DNA from: Octopus sinensis
Taxonomy: Eukaryota
DNA length: 64,000 nucleotides
Direction: 5' to 3'
Assembly: GCF_006345805.1 (NCBI RefSeq)
Contig: NC_043010.1
Location: 50,282,001-50,346,000 of the forward strand
Position 1 is the first letter of the stretch, and each line of letters begins with the position of its first letter. Position numbers and translations under genes: made by a program. Below, in pieces: positions 38,519 to 52,120 of this stretch. The notes under the pieces were generated by a model. It did not search any database, was not told where the DNA came from, and saw nothing but the letters and a program-made list of their open reading frames with translations.

Positions 38519-39414
38519 CTGGAATGAAAGAAAGCTGAATGGATCAGTGGTTAGCAGTCTTTATAAATTTGGTAATGTGCAACATGAACATCACATGTTT
38601 TAAAATTGCATATTTAGAAATACAGAGATGAACTTGTTATATTAATCACATTTCTGTATAACATATGTGAATAACAAGCATGGCTGTGTGGTAAGAAGCT
38701 TGCTTCCCAACCACACAGTTCTAGGCTCAGACCCACTGTGTGAGATCTTGGGTAAGGCCTCAATCTGATCTGGCAATGTTTCTACCGCTGGATGCTTTTC
38801 CTAATGCCTACCACTCTGAGAGTGTAGTGGATGCTTTTTATGTGCCACTGGCACAGGAGCCAGTCAGGCAGGCCTGGCATCTATCACATTCATATAGTGC
38901 TTTTTATGTGCCACCGGTACAGGGACCAGTCAGTGGGTAATGGCATCGGCCATATTTGGATGGTGCTTTTTACATGCCACTGGCACAAGAACCAGTCAGG
39001 GGGTACTGGCATCGGCCACATTCGGATAGTGCTTTTTACGTTCCACATGCACAGGAGGCAGTCAGGCAGAGCTGGCATCGACCATGTTCAGGTGGTGCTT
39101 TTTACATGCCAAAGCAGAATTATTATAAGATGATAATCCTTCCTACTAAAGGCAGAAGGCCTAAAATTTTGGGAGAGGGAATAAACCGATTACATTGAAC
39201 CTAGTGTTTCACAAGTACTTAATTTATTGATCCTGAAAGGATGAAAGGCAATGCTGACCTCATCAGAATTTGAACACAGAATGTAAGGATGGACGAAATG
39301 TTAAACATTTTGCCTGGTATGCTAACAATTCTGCCAGCCTGCCACCTTGACAATAATAATAATAATAATGATAACAATAATAATAATAATAACAACAATA
39401 ATAATAATGATATA

Positions 39415-39970
39415 CCTTGATGCAGTACCAGGCAGTGGCTCTCATGGCTTCTTATCTTAACTAATTGGAAGTGTTATCATGTACGTGTTTTGTCTTGCTA
39501 TAAAAGATGGGCTACAGCAAATATTCTGCTCAATACCACAGATTTGCTTGTTAACTGTCTGACCTTAATCAATTGAGCATGTCCCTTAGTGGCTGACAAT
39601 ATGTGCATCTCTGATCATGAGAAGAAACAGTGGGAGAAAATCATAGTCATGTGTTGAGAGAAATCCTTTGTGGTTTGAATAATTCACCCCTAGAAACATG
39701 GGTGTTTCATTCAACCTCCTTAAGCAAACCTTATTCAGGGACTTTTTGAGCAGGATAGGCTGCTTGACCTGAAAAGAATTCTAACTGGGCCCCACCTGCA
39801 AGGTCACGTGCAGTTTATCTTGATATGAGATCACCATGTTACGCACAAATGGTTGTGATGCTTCATGTGCCTGGTGTACCCTTATCAGACGGGTAGTCAT
39901 GATGAGTATACTGGGTTTTGTATATTTGTACCCCAGTTTCACTTTGATAGCATGCAACGCTCTCTCACCC
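39415..39970. mobile_element. Interspersed repeat family E (copies about 17385-17760, 53500-53745; inverted copies 40485-41030, 6470-6665)
   Basis: gatgcagtaccaggcagtggctctcatggc..ctgctcaataccacagatttgcttg block recurs, often next to (TAA)n. Confidence 0.75.
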
Positions 39971-39997
39971 AGTAATAATAATAATCCTCCTCCTCCT

Positions 39998-40028
<31 letters not shown>

Positions 40029-41044
40029 AACAGCACCACCACCAACACCACCACCATCATCACCATCAATGACTGTATCATAGACGTACTCACATATTTT
40101 GTATGCTATAAATACCTGTCTGATTTCCCTCTCCTTCCCCTTTCTCAGCTTCACCTTTTATATAAAGCCCCACAGAAATTATAAACTGTCCTTATAATAT
40201 CCCCCTCATGTGATGTCCCTGTGGCAAATAAAAAATTGTCATCATTGTCATCATCATCATCATCATGACAATATCATTAGCATGTTGGACAAAAGGCTAA
40301 GTGGCATTTCTTCTGGGTTTATGTTCTGAGTTCAAATTCTGCTGAAGCTGACTTTACCTTTCATCCTCTCAGGGTCAATGAAATAAAAACCAGTTGCACA
40401 CTGAGTTTGATATAATTGACTAGACCCCTCCCACCAAATTCCAGACATTGTGCCTATAGTGGAAAGGATTATTATTATTATATTATTGAGTGAGAGACCA
40501 GTGCATGCCATCAAAGTGACACTGGAGTAAAATATACGAAGCCTAGTATACCCATCATGACTACCCGTCTGATAAGGGTACACTAGGCACATGCATCACA
40601 ACCATATATGTGTGACATGGTGATATCATTTCAAGATAAACAGCACATGACCTTGCAAGTGGGGCCCAGTTAGAATTTTCTTCTGATCGAGTAACCCATC
40701 CTGCTCAAAAGGTCCCTGAATAAGGTTTGTTTAAGGATGTTGAACGAAACTCATGTTTCCAGAGGTGAATTATTCAAACTCCAAAGGATCCCTCTCAACT
40801 ATGATGCTTCCCCACTACTTCTGCTTGTGATCAGAGATGCACATATCATCAGTCACTAAGGGACATGCTCAACTGGTTAAGGTCAAACAACTGACAAGCA
40901 AGTCTGTGGTATTGAGCAGAATATTTGCTGTAGCCCATTTTTATACCAAGACAAAACAATGTACAAGATAACACTTCCAATCAGTTAAGATCAGAGCCAT
41001 GAGAGCCACTGCCTGGTGTGGCATCAGGACATATAGGTACTGCA

Positions 41045-41076
<32 letters not shown>

Positions 41077-41426
41077 GGCATTGAACAAGGTATTTTGAAG
41101 GCAGAATGTATAAGCATAGTTGTACTTTCAGCATTTTGGTCTTGCAGTGTAGATGGACTTCACTTTTCATAATTATTTATAAAGCAAAGAAGACAAGGAG
41201 TTAGAAGCAGAGACAAAGCATAAATCAAAGGATCAGAGAACAGCCAATATACATGTGAACACACACACACACATCAACACTTAATTACATTTGCTCAATC
41301 TGAACTGCCCTGGGGGTTAAATAACAACAACAACATCAACACCACTAACAGTGGCAGCAACAAGAACAACTAAACCACAACAACAAAAACAACAACAAAA
41401 ACATGTATTATTTATCTAGTTCTCAC

Positions 41427-41609
41427 CTTATAGAGGACCACTAGGAAAGCCATTAGCCAAGAATGTCTCACACATGGTTCTAGGAACCACAAAGTATAAT
41501 TGGGAGGTTGATAGTCACTGGCATAGCGCTGTGGTGAGGGAGAGTATTTCAGGACCATTAATGTAATTGGTAATATCATGTTTCCAAGGGCAAAATTCCG
41601 ATCTAGGAT
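41427..41609 (-). CDS. unc79: unc-79 exon (ILDRNFALGNMILPITLMVLKYSPSPQRYASDYQPPNYTLWFLEPCVRHSWLMAFLVVLYK)
   Basis: Polypyrimidine tract plus cag, aag|gtgag donor; resembles the recalled vertebrate UNC79 segment VLKYCSCPQ...QPP..SLW.L.PH.RQ.WL.ALLVILYK. Confidence 0.93.
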
Positions 41610-42179
41610 CTGTAGAAAAAGAAGAAAAAAAGTAAGAAATGAGAAAAATCTTATACAGGTGCAGGAGTGGCTGTGTGGTAAGTAGCTTGCTTACGAACCA
41701 CATGGTGCTGGGTTCATTCCCACTGCGTGGCACCATGAGCAAGCCTTGTGAATGGATTTGGTAGATGGAAACTCAAAGAAGGCCGTCATATATATGTATA
41801 TGTATATATATATGTAAGTATGTCTTAAATCCCTGCAGGCATGCCACAAGGTTTAAAATGTCAACTGATAAAATAGTGTACGGGTAAAATGGTTTGACTT
41901 TCAGAAAATTTTAACTGTTGCATTTGAATTTGACTTTACACCTTATAGTTATTTTGCATTACAATGCTGGTGCATATTTTGACTTTACTTTTAAGAAAGC
42001 CTTCGACTGTTTTACAAATTTAAGCTTAAGCTTCACTGAGGTTTATTTTTATTGTTTACTCATGTATTTAATTACGTTATATCAATTTATTGTGCAATTT
42101 CCTTATTTTAACACTTTAATATTATATATACCAGACAGTTTTTAAAATTGTTTGCATATATACGTTAAAAATAAATAAA

Positions 42180-42420
42180 TGCGCCCTTTTAAAGCCTAGC
42201 CAGGCTCATGGGCCCGGTTTCTATGGCGTATGTGTTTCCCAGCTGGATGGGACGCCAGTCCATCGCAGCATTACTCATTTTTGCCAGCTGAGTGGACTAG
42301 AGCAATGTGAAATGAAGCGTTTTGCTCAAGAACACAACGCGTCGCCCAATCCAGGAATTGAAACCACAATCTTACGATCATGTTGCTGATGCCCTAACCA
42401 CTAAGTCACGTGCCTCCACA
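42180..42420 (-). mobile_element. tRNA-derived SINE (distinct subfamily)
   Basis: ggaggcacgtgacttagtggttaggg..ggtttcaattcc head; gcgatggactggcgtcccatccag central block. Confidence 0.7.
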
Positions 42421-42937
42421 TATATATGTTATGATGTATATATTTATCTTGATGTGAAGATATGTCTCTATATATTTATGTGCATGTATGTATTGTAGGT
42501 AGGTATGTATATATATGTATGTATGTGTGTATGTGTATGTATATGTGTATATACATTTATATGTATGGGCAGGTATTTGCATACATTTTTTTTTGTATAT
42601 TTGTATGTGTATCTATATGTGTGTGTATTTGTATGTATGTTTGTATTTATGTAGATATACATGTAATTTCATGCATGCGTTTCGCAAGCTGAACGAAGTA
42701 TCTACCCTTAGTTAGATACTTTTTTGAATGCCATTATTTAACGCTTTCTACCTCTATCTATTTTCTCCTTTTCTCTCTCTCTCTAATTTTCTGTTTCTCT
42801 TTCTTTTATTTCTTTTTCTTCTCCTACTCCCACTTATTATTCTCTGATTTTTTTCCTTTTCTTTTTTTTTCACCTGTAACAACTAACTGGTATAAGCATA
42901 CACCAGAAAATTTGGTGCAAGTGCATGTGTGTGCATG

Positions 42938-42980
<43 letters not shown>

Positions 42981-43432
42981 TGTATATATTTATGTCTTGC
43001 CAATATATGTCTGTATATTTATGTAGCCATCATCATCATCATCATTGTTTAGCATCCGCTTTCCATGCTGGCATGGGTTGGACGGTTCAACTGGAGTCTG
43101 GGAAGCCAGAAGGCTGCACCAGGCCCAGTCTCATCTGGCAGTGTTTCTCCAGATGGATGCCCTTCCTAATGCCAACCACTCCATGAGTGTAGTGGGTGCT
43201 TTTTACGTGCCACCGGAACAGGTGCCAGACAAGGCTGGCAAACGGCCACAATCGGATGGTGCTTTTTACGTGCCACCGGCACAGAGGCCAGGCGAGGCTG
43301 GCAACAGCCACAATCGGATGACGTATATTATAGATTGTTTGCTATGTGTGTATATTTTGTGTGTATATACTCCCACATCAACATCATCATCATCACGCGC
43401 ACAAACACACACAAATACACACACAGATACAT

Positions 43433-43470
<38 letters not shown>

Positions 43471-43518
43471 CCGGCTTCTTTCATATAAGAAATATAAAGA
43501 AGTAAATGTGATACTCAC

Positions 43519-43561
43519 ATAAGGTACTCCACTGATGAAAGCATTAAAAACAGCTGAGGAT
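43519..43561 (-). CDS. unc79: unc-79 exon (SSAVFNAFISGVPY)
   Basis: aag acceptor, tat|gtgagt donor, phase 2 to 0 fits both neighbours. Confidence 0.85.
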
Positions 43562-45174
43562 CTTTGTTGATAAGAAGTAAAATGAAAAGAAAAATAAGAC
43601 ATTGTTAGAAGTTATTTAAAGTGAAATGTCTGAAACAAAGGCAAAACAACCTGGGGAAAGAAGCCTTGGAAACCGAAAGGTCCCTCAACAAAAATTATAT
43701 TTACATATATGTGTAGGGATAACTACGTAGGAAGAAGCCTGCTTCCTGACCACATGGTTCCAGGTTCAGTCCCACTGTGTGACACCTTGGGCATGTACCT
43801 TCTACTATAGCCTTGGACTGACTAAAACCTTGTGATTGGATTTGACAGACAGAAACTGAAAGAAGCCCATCATATGTGTGTGTGTATTTATATGTGTGTG
43901 TCTTTGTGTCTGTGTTTGTCTCCCCACTATTCTTTGACAACCGATGTTGGTTTGTTTATATCCCCATAGACGTAGGAGTGGCTGTATGGTAAGTAGCTTG
44001 CTTACCAACCACATGGTTCCGGGTTCAGTCCCACTGTGTGGCACCTTGAGCAAGTGTCTTCTACTATAGCCTCAGGGCGACCAAAGCCTTGTGAGTGGAT
44101 TTGGTAGACGGAAACTGAAAGAAGCCTCTCATATATATATGTGTATACATATACGTGTGTACTAGGCTTACAAAGAATAAGTCCTGGGGTTGATTTGCTC
44201 GACTAAAGGCGGTGCTCCAGCATGGCCACAGTCAAATGACTGAAACAAGGAAAAGAGTAAAAGAGTAATACAGAGTTTTGATAGCTAACAGCCTATGTGG
44301 GAAGTTTATTCTGTCTTGACAATTTTGAACATGGGAAAAATGTTTCCCAAATCATTTATGCTACACTGGATTATGATTTGTAAAGGCTAAATGAAATCGT
44401 AGTCATGGCTGTTATCAGTGTCATGTGAATGGCACCCGTGAAATCATAATTGTGGCCATTGCCCAGTAGCATGATCTTCAAATGCCGGGCCTCACGGAGG
44501 CGATGACAAGTGATTGAGACCTTTGGCAATATGCTGTGCTTCAGAAGAATTGTGAAGCCAAGTGAAATCGTAGTCATGGATGTTGCCAGAGTCATGTAAA
44601 TGGTGCCTGTGCGGCAGCATGTAAAATAGCACCACTTACACTCTCAGAGGTGGTTGGCATTAGGAAGGGCATCCAACTGTAGAAATCATGCCAAATCGGA
44701 CTGGAACCTGGTGCAGCTCTCTGGCTTACCAGTTCCAGTCAAACTGTCTAACCCATGCCAGCATGGAAAGCAGATGTATTATTATTATTATTATTATGAT
44801 GATGATGATGCTGAGGAAGAAGAAGAAGAAGAAGATGATGAAAGAATCTTCGTCGTCGTCGTTGTCATCGTCATCATCATGTCTGATTGTTTTATCCAAA
44901 CGGGATGGTGCCGATTATGTCCACAGATGTTAAAGATACTGAATTCAAAAAGGTGATCAAAGTTTTTGTTGAAGAGATAGTGGATAATTTTATATGCTTC
45001 TAACAAGTGAAGTGCTAGACATCAATGTTTTAAGTTAGTCAATGGTCAGAAAAGCAAAAGATGTTCAAGATACAGTAACACATGCCAAGCAAACACCTAT
45101 ATTATGTATTCGGAGGAGACATGGATTTAAAACAACAGTAACAACAAGAAAAAAAGTACATTTACAATAGTTAC

Positions 45175-45257
45175 CTCAGTTTATATGGTGGAACACTAAA
45201 GGTTTGTTCTGTTTGATTATATCCTAACAAGACATTAAGATGCCGGAGAACGATGCT
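45175..45257 (-). CDS. unc79: unc-79 exon (SIVLRHLNVLLGYNQTEQTFSVPPYKLR)
   Basis: tttacag acceptor, gag|gtaac donor, phase 0 to 2. Confidence 0.88.
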
Positions 45258-46163
45258 CTGTAAATGAGAGAAATAATATTTAGTAACTTAAAAGAAATCA
45301 CAAACAATGAAACAAACAAATAATATACTGCAGTTATGTAACATAGAGTAAGCTATGTTCTCAATAAACTTATTTCTTTATTGCTCACAAGGGGCTAAAC
45401 ATAGAGGGGACAAACAAGGACAGACAAAAGGATTAAGTCAATTCCATCGACCCCAGTGCGTAACTGGTACTTAATTTATCGACCCCAAAGGATGAAAGGC
45501 AAAGTCAACCTTGGCAGAATTTGAACTCAGAACACAGCGCCAAACGAAATACTGCTAAGCATTTTGTCTGGCGCGCTAACGATTCTGCCAGCTCACCACC
45601 TTATTTTCAATAAACTTGGTCACAGTGTTAACCTTTTAGCATTCAAACTGACCATATCTGGCCCAAATATTTAACCTGTTTTATGTTCAAACTGGTCAGG
45701 CCTGGCCTCTCATACCTACCCTGTAATGTCATTCTGAAAATAAACAATCACATTACAATATTTCATGTGTCATCGCAGGAGTGGCTGTGTGGTAAGTAGC
45801 TTGCTTACCAACCACATGGTTCCGGGTTCAGTCCCACTGCATGGCACCTTGGGCAAGTGTCTTCTACTATAGCCTCAGACAGACCAAATCCTTGTGAGTA
45901 GATTAGGTGGACAGAAACTGAAAGAAGCCCATCATATACGTCTTTGGAGTAAGGAGAGAGTTCTTGCAAAGTATACTTGGTGAGTAGAGCAGCTCAGGAT
46001 CTGTGGCCTTTCCTGCCTACTGAGGAATTTATTTGCTAGAATGTTTTTGCAAATTGTTATTTATTTTTTATAGTTTACACATTTTCTTAGTAAATTCCCA
46101 CCATCTTTTGTGTATCGTCCAAAATGTTTTTTCAAACCCCTTCAAACCAATAAAGAAAGAAAG

Positions 46164-46198
<35 letters not shown>

Positions 46199-46229
46199 AT
46201 AATATTATTATTATTAATATTATTATTAT

Positions 46230-47085
46230 TATTAGGCAATGGGATCAGTAAGTGTTCTGCTTAGAAATTTATAGAGAATTAATGGCGGGCAAGTGTGATG
46301 AAAATGAACTGGCCAGTTTGTTTGAGTCAGGAACTATCATGGATAATTTCCTGATGTTCTTGCCCTGGCAGTGCTACCAGGGGCGGGGGGGGGGTAGCTA
46401 CCAGTTTGAAATAAACTCTACAGGCACGGATGTGCTGTCAGATGGACTTTTCTGAGGTATGTGCAGTGTCCATCTGTTGGCTGAGTCTGTAGCGATGATT
46501 GTACTGCCGCCCCACTTCAATCGGGCAGACAAGACAGTTTTCCTTTGCCTGGTGGCTGTGGGGAAAGAGGTTGTTTGGTGGACAAGGCTGAAAGGCATCA
46601 GGACAGATACAGCCCTCTTTGGTAGAGCTCTCATTGACCTTTCCAAATTTCACTTGAAAAGGAAATTGAGAGTGGAGAGTGAAGTGCTGTCCTTGAGTGA
46701 GTTTATTGAAGGGCGGATTAAGATTGTAAAAATGGCAAGAGCGGATGGTACCTCTCTGAGTATAGACCTGTGAGTTGGAGACAAGGAATTGGAAAGGGCA
46801 CTTGCTCATAGGGTTTCAGGAAATTTCGAACAGTGGGGTTTCTCAATTAACCCTAGAGGCATTCCTGTATCAGGAGGGTCACATCTCCTTCATCTTCACC
46901 TAACTTTTTTTTCTTTTACCTTTCAAATGCTATGCATATGTCCCTTCTTTTCCAGTGTATTCTGTGTATACTTTATTTCTTTATTTTATTTTTATCATTT
47001 CGTTTTCATATGTAAACCCCCACACTTTATGTCTGTCTCTGTACTGTCCCCCTCATCCTTTGCCCTTGTGCCAAATAAATGAAAT
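46230..47085 (+). mobile_element. Tx1/L1-like LINE 3' end
   Basis: KEVVWWTR..KFHLKRKLRVESEVLSLSEF-type C-terminus, T-rich 3' UTR ending aataaatgaaa. Confidence 0.55.
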
Positions 47086-49205
47086 CATCATTATTATAAG
47101 TAGTAGTAGCAGTATTAGTATTCCGCTGACATCCACTTCGCCTTTCATTCTTTTGGAGTCAATAAATTAAGTACCAGTTAAGTACTGGGGCCAATGTAAT
47201 CAATTTAACCCCCCCCCCAAAAAAAAAAAATTTCAAGCCTTATGCCTGTTGTAGAAACGATTACTATTATTATTGTTATTATTATTATGTTTTACTTTTA
47301 ATCTGCATGTTTGTTACAAATGCTTGCTGAAACACACCCAGTGTCCTATGGCGAGTGAAGGATAAGACATGGTAGAATATGACTGAAAACTTGGGGAGAG
47401 GAAGAGGAAGGGGCAGTTGCAAAATATCTTCATGTAATACAACACAGACATTTAAAATAGTAGGGTTTTGCAAAGGATGTTGGAAGTATTTGCCAGCACA
47501 ATCTTTTAGGTTTTTCTGAGATATGGTACTCCTGGGATGTTATCTAGAGGTTCCTAACATCTCTTTTTTTATCATACCTAGGGCACCTACAATAACAGGA
47601 ACAGTTCTCGCTTTAAGATGACACATCTTTTGTATTTTAAATAATCCAGGTTCTTATATTTACTTAATTTGTCCAATTCCTTTACAGATATATATTTATC
47701 AGTGGAAACACTTACACCTATTCGTCTACAAGTATTTTCTTTCTTTAATAATAGTCTATTTGATTAGCCTAGATTGTTCTGTCAGTGTTGACTGGAAAAT
47801 CCCAGTATTATTATTATTATTTTTTTCTCATTTGATCACATCAATGTGACATTAGGAGAGAATTAAAAAAAAAAACCTAACCTATTTTGAATATTTTATT
47901 TTATTAATTTACATTTTCACACAATGAAGTGACTTATTGCACACTAAAAATTTTTTTTTTTTTTCCCACACTTCCACTCCTGCCAATGAAACACTCTTGG
48001 TACGAGAATGAGGGAATATTAACAGAGTTAATTAATGATATCTTTAGAATAATGATTTATTAGACATTTTTATTGACATTTTAGAGTAATTAAATTTAAA
48101 TTAAGCGTAATTAGTATAAAGACATCATTACTATTGTTCATGATATACCACATTTTATTCCATCTCTCTTTCTCTCAAGATATTGTTGTTTAGCCTCAAG
48201 TCAGTTCTGAAAGAGTAAACCTATTCTCAAAAGTATTCCAGCCATGCCCATCCCATCTTTTATGTACATCAAGGACCATATTATTCTTTGTGTTCCCTAG
48301 ATTTAAGACAGTAGGGTGTGATGTGAAATGCACAGGTCAAGCTACTACACAGAGAATTTTTTATTGATTTGCTTTCTCCGTGCACATGTGTATGTGTGTG
48401 TGTGTGTGTTTCAAATAGATAAGGTAGAAGAGGCTGGGAAACAGAAAGTTGATGACAGGGGTAGATACAGAGAAAAAAATGCATTTGTTGTGCACCAACA
48501 AGCTCCCAGCACGTGTGGGTGTGTGCAAGTGGCAATTTGGACAGCTTTACTCTTTTACTTGTTTCAGTCATTTGACTGTGGCCATGCTGGAGCACCGCCT
48601 TTAGTCGAGCAAATCGATCCCATGACTAATTCTTTGTAAGCCTAGTACTTATTCTATCGGTCTCTTTTGCCGAACCACTAAGTTACGAGGACGTAAACAC
48701 ACCAGCATCGGTTGTCAAGCAATGTTGGGGGGACAAACACAGACACATATATATACATATATACGACAGGCTTCTTTCAGTTTCCATCTACCAGATCCAC
48801 TCACAAGGCTTCGGTCGACCTGAGGCTATAATAGAAGACACTTGCCCAAGGTGCCACGCAGTGGGACTGAACCCGGAACCATGTGGCTGGTAAGCAAGCT
48901 CATTACTACACGACCACTTCCACACCTATAGGGGAAAAAATTTATATTCAGGTTATACTGTGGCACCCCTAGCATCGTCTTATGACACACAAGTGTTCCG
49001 CGACATACTGGTTGCAGAGCACTGCTCTTTTTCACAAAGTTATGAAGCTCAAAGTTCAGAGACACAAATCTAACAATGACATGTTTTTTATAAATGACAA
49101 AATTTATATTATTTACTCGCAATCGAAGCAAGGCACTATAACCAAATAAAAGAATAAAAGAAAAGTGTAATGATATATGTTTTGTGTCACTTTTCTGTCC
49201 CTCAC

Positions 49206-49265
49206 CTGGGGTTTACCTGGACAACAGTAACCAGCAATATCTTCGTCTTCTATTTTTGCCATAAA
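49206..49265 (-). CDS. unc79: unc-79 exon (FMAKIEDEDIAGYCCPGKPQ)
   Basis: tttttcag acceptor, cag|gtgag donor, 60 nt, phase 0-0. Confidence 0.82.
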
Positions 49266-49784
49266 CTGAAAAACAGAAAGTTTACAATTGACTCATGGAA
49301 AATGCATGGAAATATATGCATAAAAACTAAAAAAGAAACAAAGGTAAGCTGATGGAATGATGCTAGAATACAGTGGAAGCTGAGATGCTGAAGTTAGTAG
49401 ACCCCAGTTGAACTGTCCAACCCATGCTAGCATGGAAAGCAGACGTTAAATGATGATGATGATGATGATATATGTGGAGGCGCAATGGCTCAGTGGTTAG
49501 GGCAGCAGACTCGCGGTTGTAGGATCGCGGTTTCGATTCCCAGACCGGGCGTTGTGAGTGTTTATTGAGCGAAAACACCTAGAGCTATACGATGCTGCCG
49601 CAGGGGTGGGTGGCGATCCCTGCTGTACTCTTTCGCCACAACTTTCTCTCACTCTTTATTCTGTTGGCCTGCACACTTAGCCAGTGGGGTGGCTTCATTT
49701 GAAGGCTAAAACAATGCGAAGCGCATTGTGACCAGTGATGTGTAGCAACATCTGATAGCCTGGTCGGTCATGGCAATCACAGTG

Positions 49785-49847
<63 letters not shown>

Positions 49848-49885
49848 TACATGTAAAATATATATGTACAATATATGCATGTAAA

Positions 49886-49916
<31 letters not shown>

Positions 49917-50297
49917 GTGTGTGTGTGTGTAATATATATATGTAACATACATATTCATGGAGGCAATGACAAATGACATACTTGAGAAGAAGACCCATCA
50001 AGCCAAGTGAAATTGTAGTCATGGCAGATATTGGTGTCATGCAAAGTGACACCCATACCAGTGGCATGTAAAAGCATCCATTATATTCTCAGAGTGGTTA
50101 GCATCAGGAAATTTGATGTAAGAGGGGCAAATAGAATACCAGGCTTACAAAAAAAAAAAAAATGAAAAAGAAAAAAAGAGCACTGAATCAATTCCTTCAA
50201 CCAAAATCCTTCATGGTGGTGCCTCAGCATGGCTGCAGTCCACAACTAATACAAGTAAAAGGTCAGAAAGGCAAACATTTATAAACAGGAAACTAAC

Positions 50298-50419
50298 CTT
50301 CATGAGTAAAGCAACAAGTTGATGTATTGTGTCTCTATCAACTCCTTCTAAATCCATTGCTTTTTGAAGTAGTTCAGTAAAATTGCTTTCTTCATCGGTA
50401 AATTCTCGTAGATTTCCAC
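50298..50419 (-). CDS. unc79: unc-79 exon (GGNLREFTDEESNFTELLQKAMDLEGVDRDTIHQLVALLMK)
   Basis: cag acceptor, aag|gttag donor, phase 1 to 0, open frame. Confidence 0.85.
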
Positions 50420-52009
50420 CTGTTTTAATTTTGTATGGGTTTTTTGGTGGGTTGCAGGGGACATTTTTTGAGGTTTAAAGAGAAAATACAGTGAAGCAAT
50501 TATAAGAGAAATATTTTTTTAATAAAGATATGGTAAGAAAAAATCCAAAATAAAATTATATTCCTTTATTAGTAACGGAAACAGTATTAGTTAAGAATAA
50601 CACTTTGCGTATCATACTTAATATAGATACAAAGCCTTGAAATGAATATTGCATTTTGAAGGCTTTCTACAGCATATCTACATTAATCCTTGAGCATTTA
50701 AATCAGCAATATCTGGCCCAAATAATCTACCTGTTTTATGTTCAAACTGGCAATGTTCAGCTTCTCACACCTACCCTACAAGGTCATTCTAGTGTAGTGG
50801 GTGCTTTTTACATGCCACCAGCACAGGGGCAAGAGGAGGCTGGCAATGACTATGATCAGTTGGTGCTTTTTACATGCCACTGGCACGGAAGACAGTCAAG
50901 GTGGCGCTGGCATTGGCCATGTTCGGATGGTACTTTTTACACGCCACCGGTATCATAACTACAATTTCCATCTAATTTTTATTTTGATGTTGTACTTGAC
51001 TCAAAAGGTCTCCTCAAGCACAGCAGGTCACCCTCACACAGTATACAATATCATGAAGTTGTTGATTGAAGATATTGTCTACTGGGGATTTGTACAAGTC
51101 ACAACAAGGACCTCAGATAGTACTTTACGCAATATGCATGCAGTTCCAAGTAACGCTGACTTTTGCATAGGGTATCTCTAAGGTTTACAGATATTTTTTT
51201 CTGATTGGGTTGTATTGAACCCAATGCTCCAATGATAATAGGGATAACCTTTATGTTTGACTCTCATAGCTGCGATCTCAATTCTCAGGTCTCCGTATCA
51301 TTATTATTATTATTATCATCATTATTATTATTATTATTATCGTTGTTGTTGTTATTATTATTCATGCACAAGTATGTGTGCATTCATCATTATTTTATTT
51401 ATTTGATTCAATTTCAGGAAAACTGAAATGTGCCTTTGACAATTCTGGAGTGTATTGATTTTTGGCATGTTCTGTATTTTAACCTTTCATTACAAGGCAT
51501 AATCTCACTTTCTTCAATACCACACCCCATCTTAGCTAAGGGGTCTTGATCTTGAAGTTACTTGGTGACCTTACTAGTGCTGGTGCCATGTAAAAAGCAC
51601 CCAATACACTGTAAAGTGGTTGGTGATAGGAAGAGCATCCAACCATAGAAATCATACCAAAACCGATACTGGAGCTTGGCACATTCCTCTGGCTCAGCAA
51701 CTTCTGTCAAATCATCTGACCCATGCCAACATAGAAAAACAGACGTTAATTGGTGATGATAATGATGATATTTAACAGTTTGGTTATTGTCACTTTGACC
51801 AATCCATTCTGAACTGTAGATCATTTTTCTAGATTTGAAACTGTATTTTCTTTTGTAACTCTTTGACAGCTTATGTCAAGAAAAGTAGGTCATCAAGAAA
51901 TATAAAAAGCACACAAGGACATTAATTTTTGAATTCCTGTGTTATTGCTTCATGAACTGAAAAAGTAACTGCCAAAAAGAAGAATTTAAGGAATTTCAAA
52001 AATACAAAC

Positions 52010-52120
52010 CTCCAGCAAATACGTAATTTGTAAAAGTACCTAAACCAAATTTGGCAGTCATGCGCCGTCCCAAGCTAAACTGTGGGGCTGACTGTTGTCT
52101 GATGCAAGATTTTTCCTTAT
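52010..52120 (-). CDS. unc79: unc-79 exon (DKEKSCIRQQSAPQFSLGRRMTAKFGLGTFTNYVFAG)
   Basis: ttttacag acceptor, gag|gtttgt donor, open frame, phase 1-1 compatible with the next exon. Confidence 0.75.
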
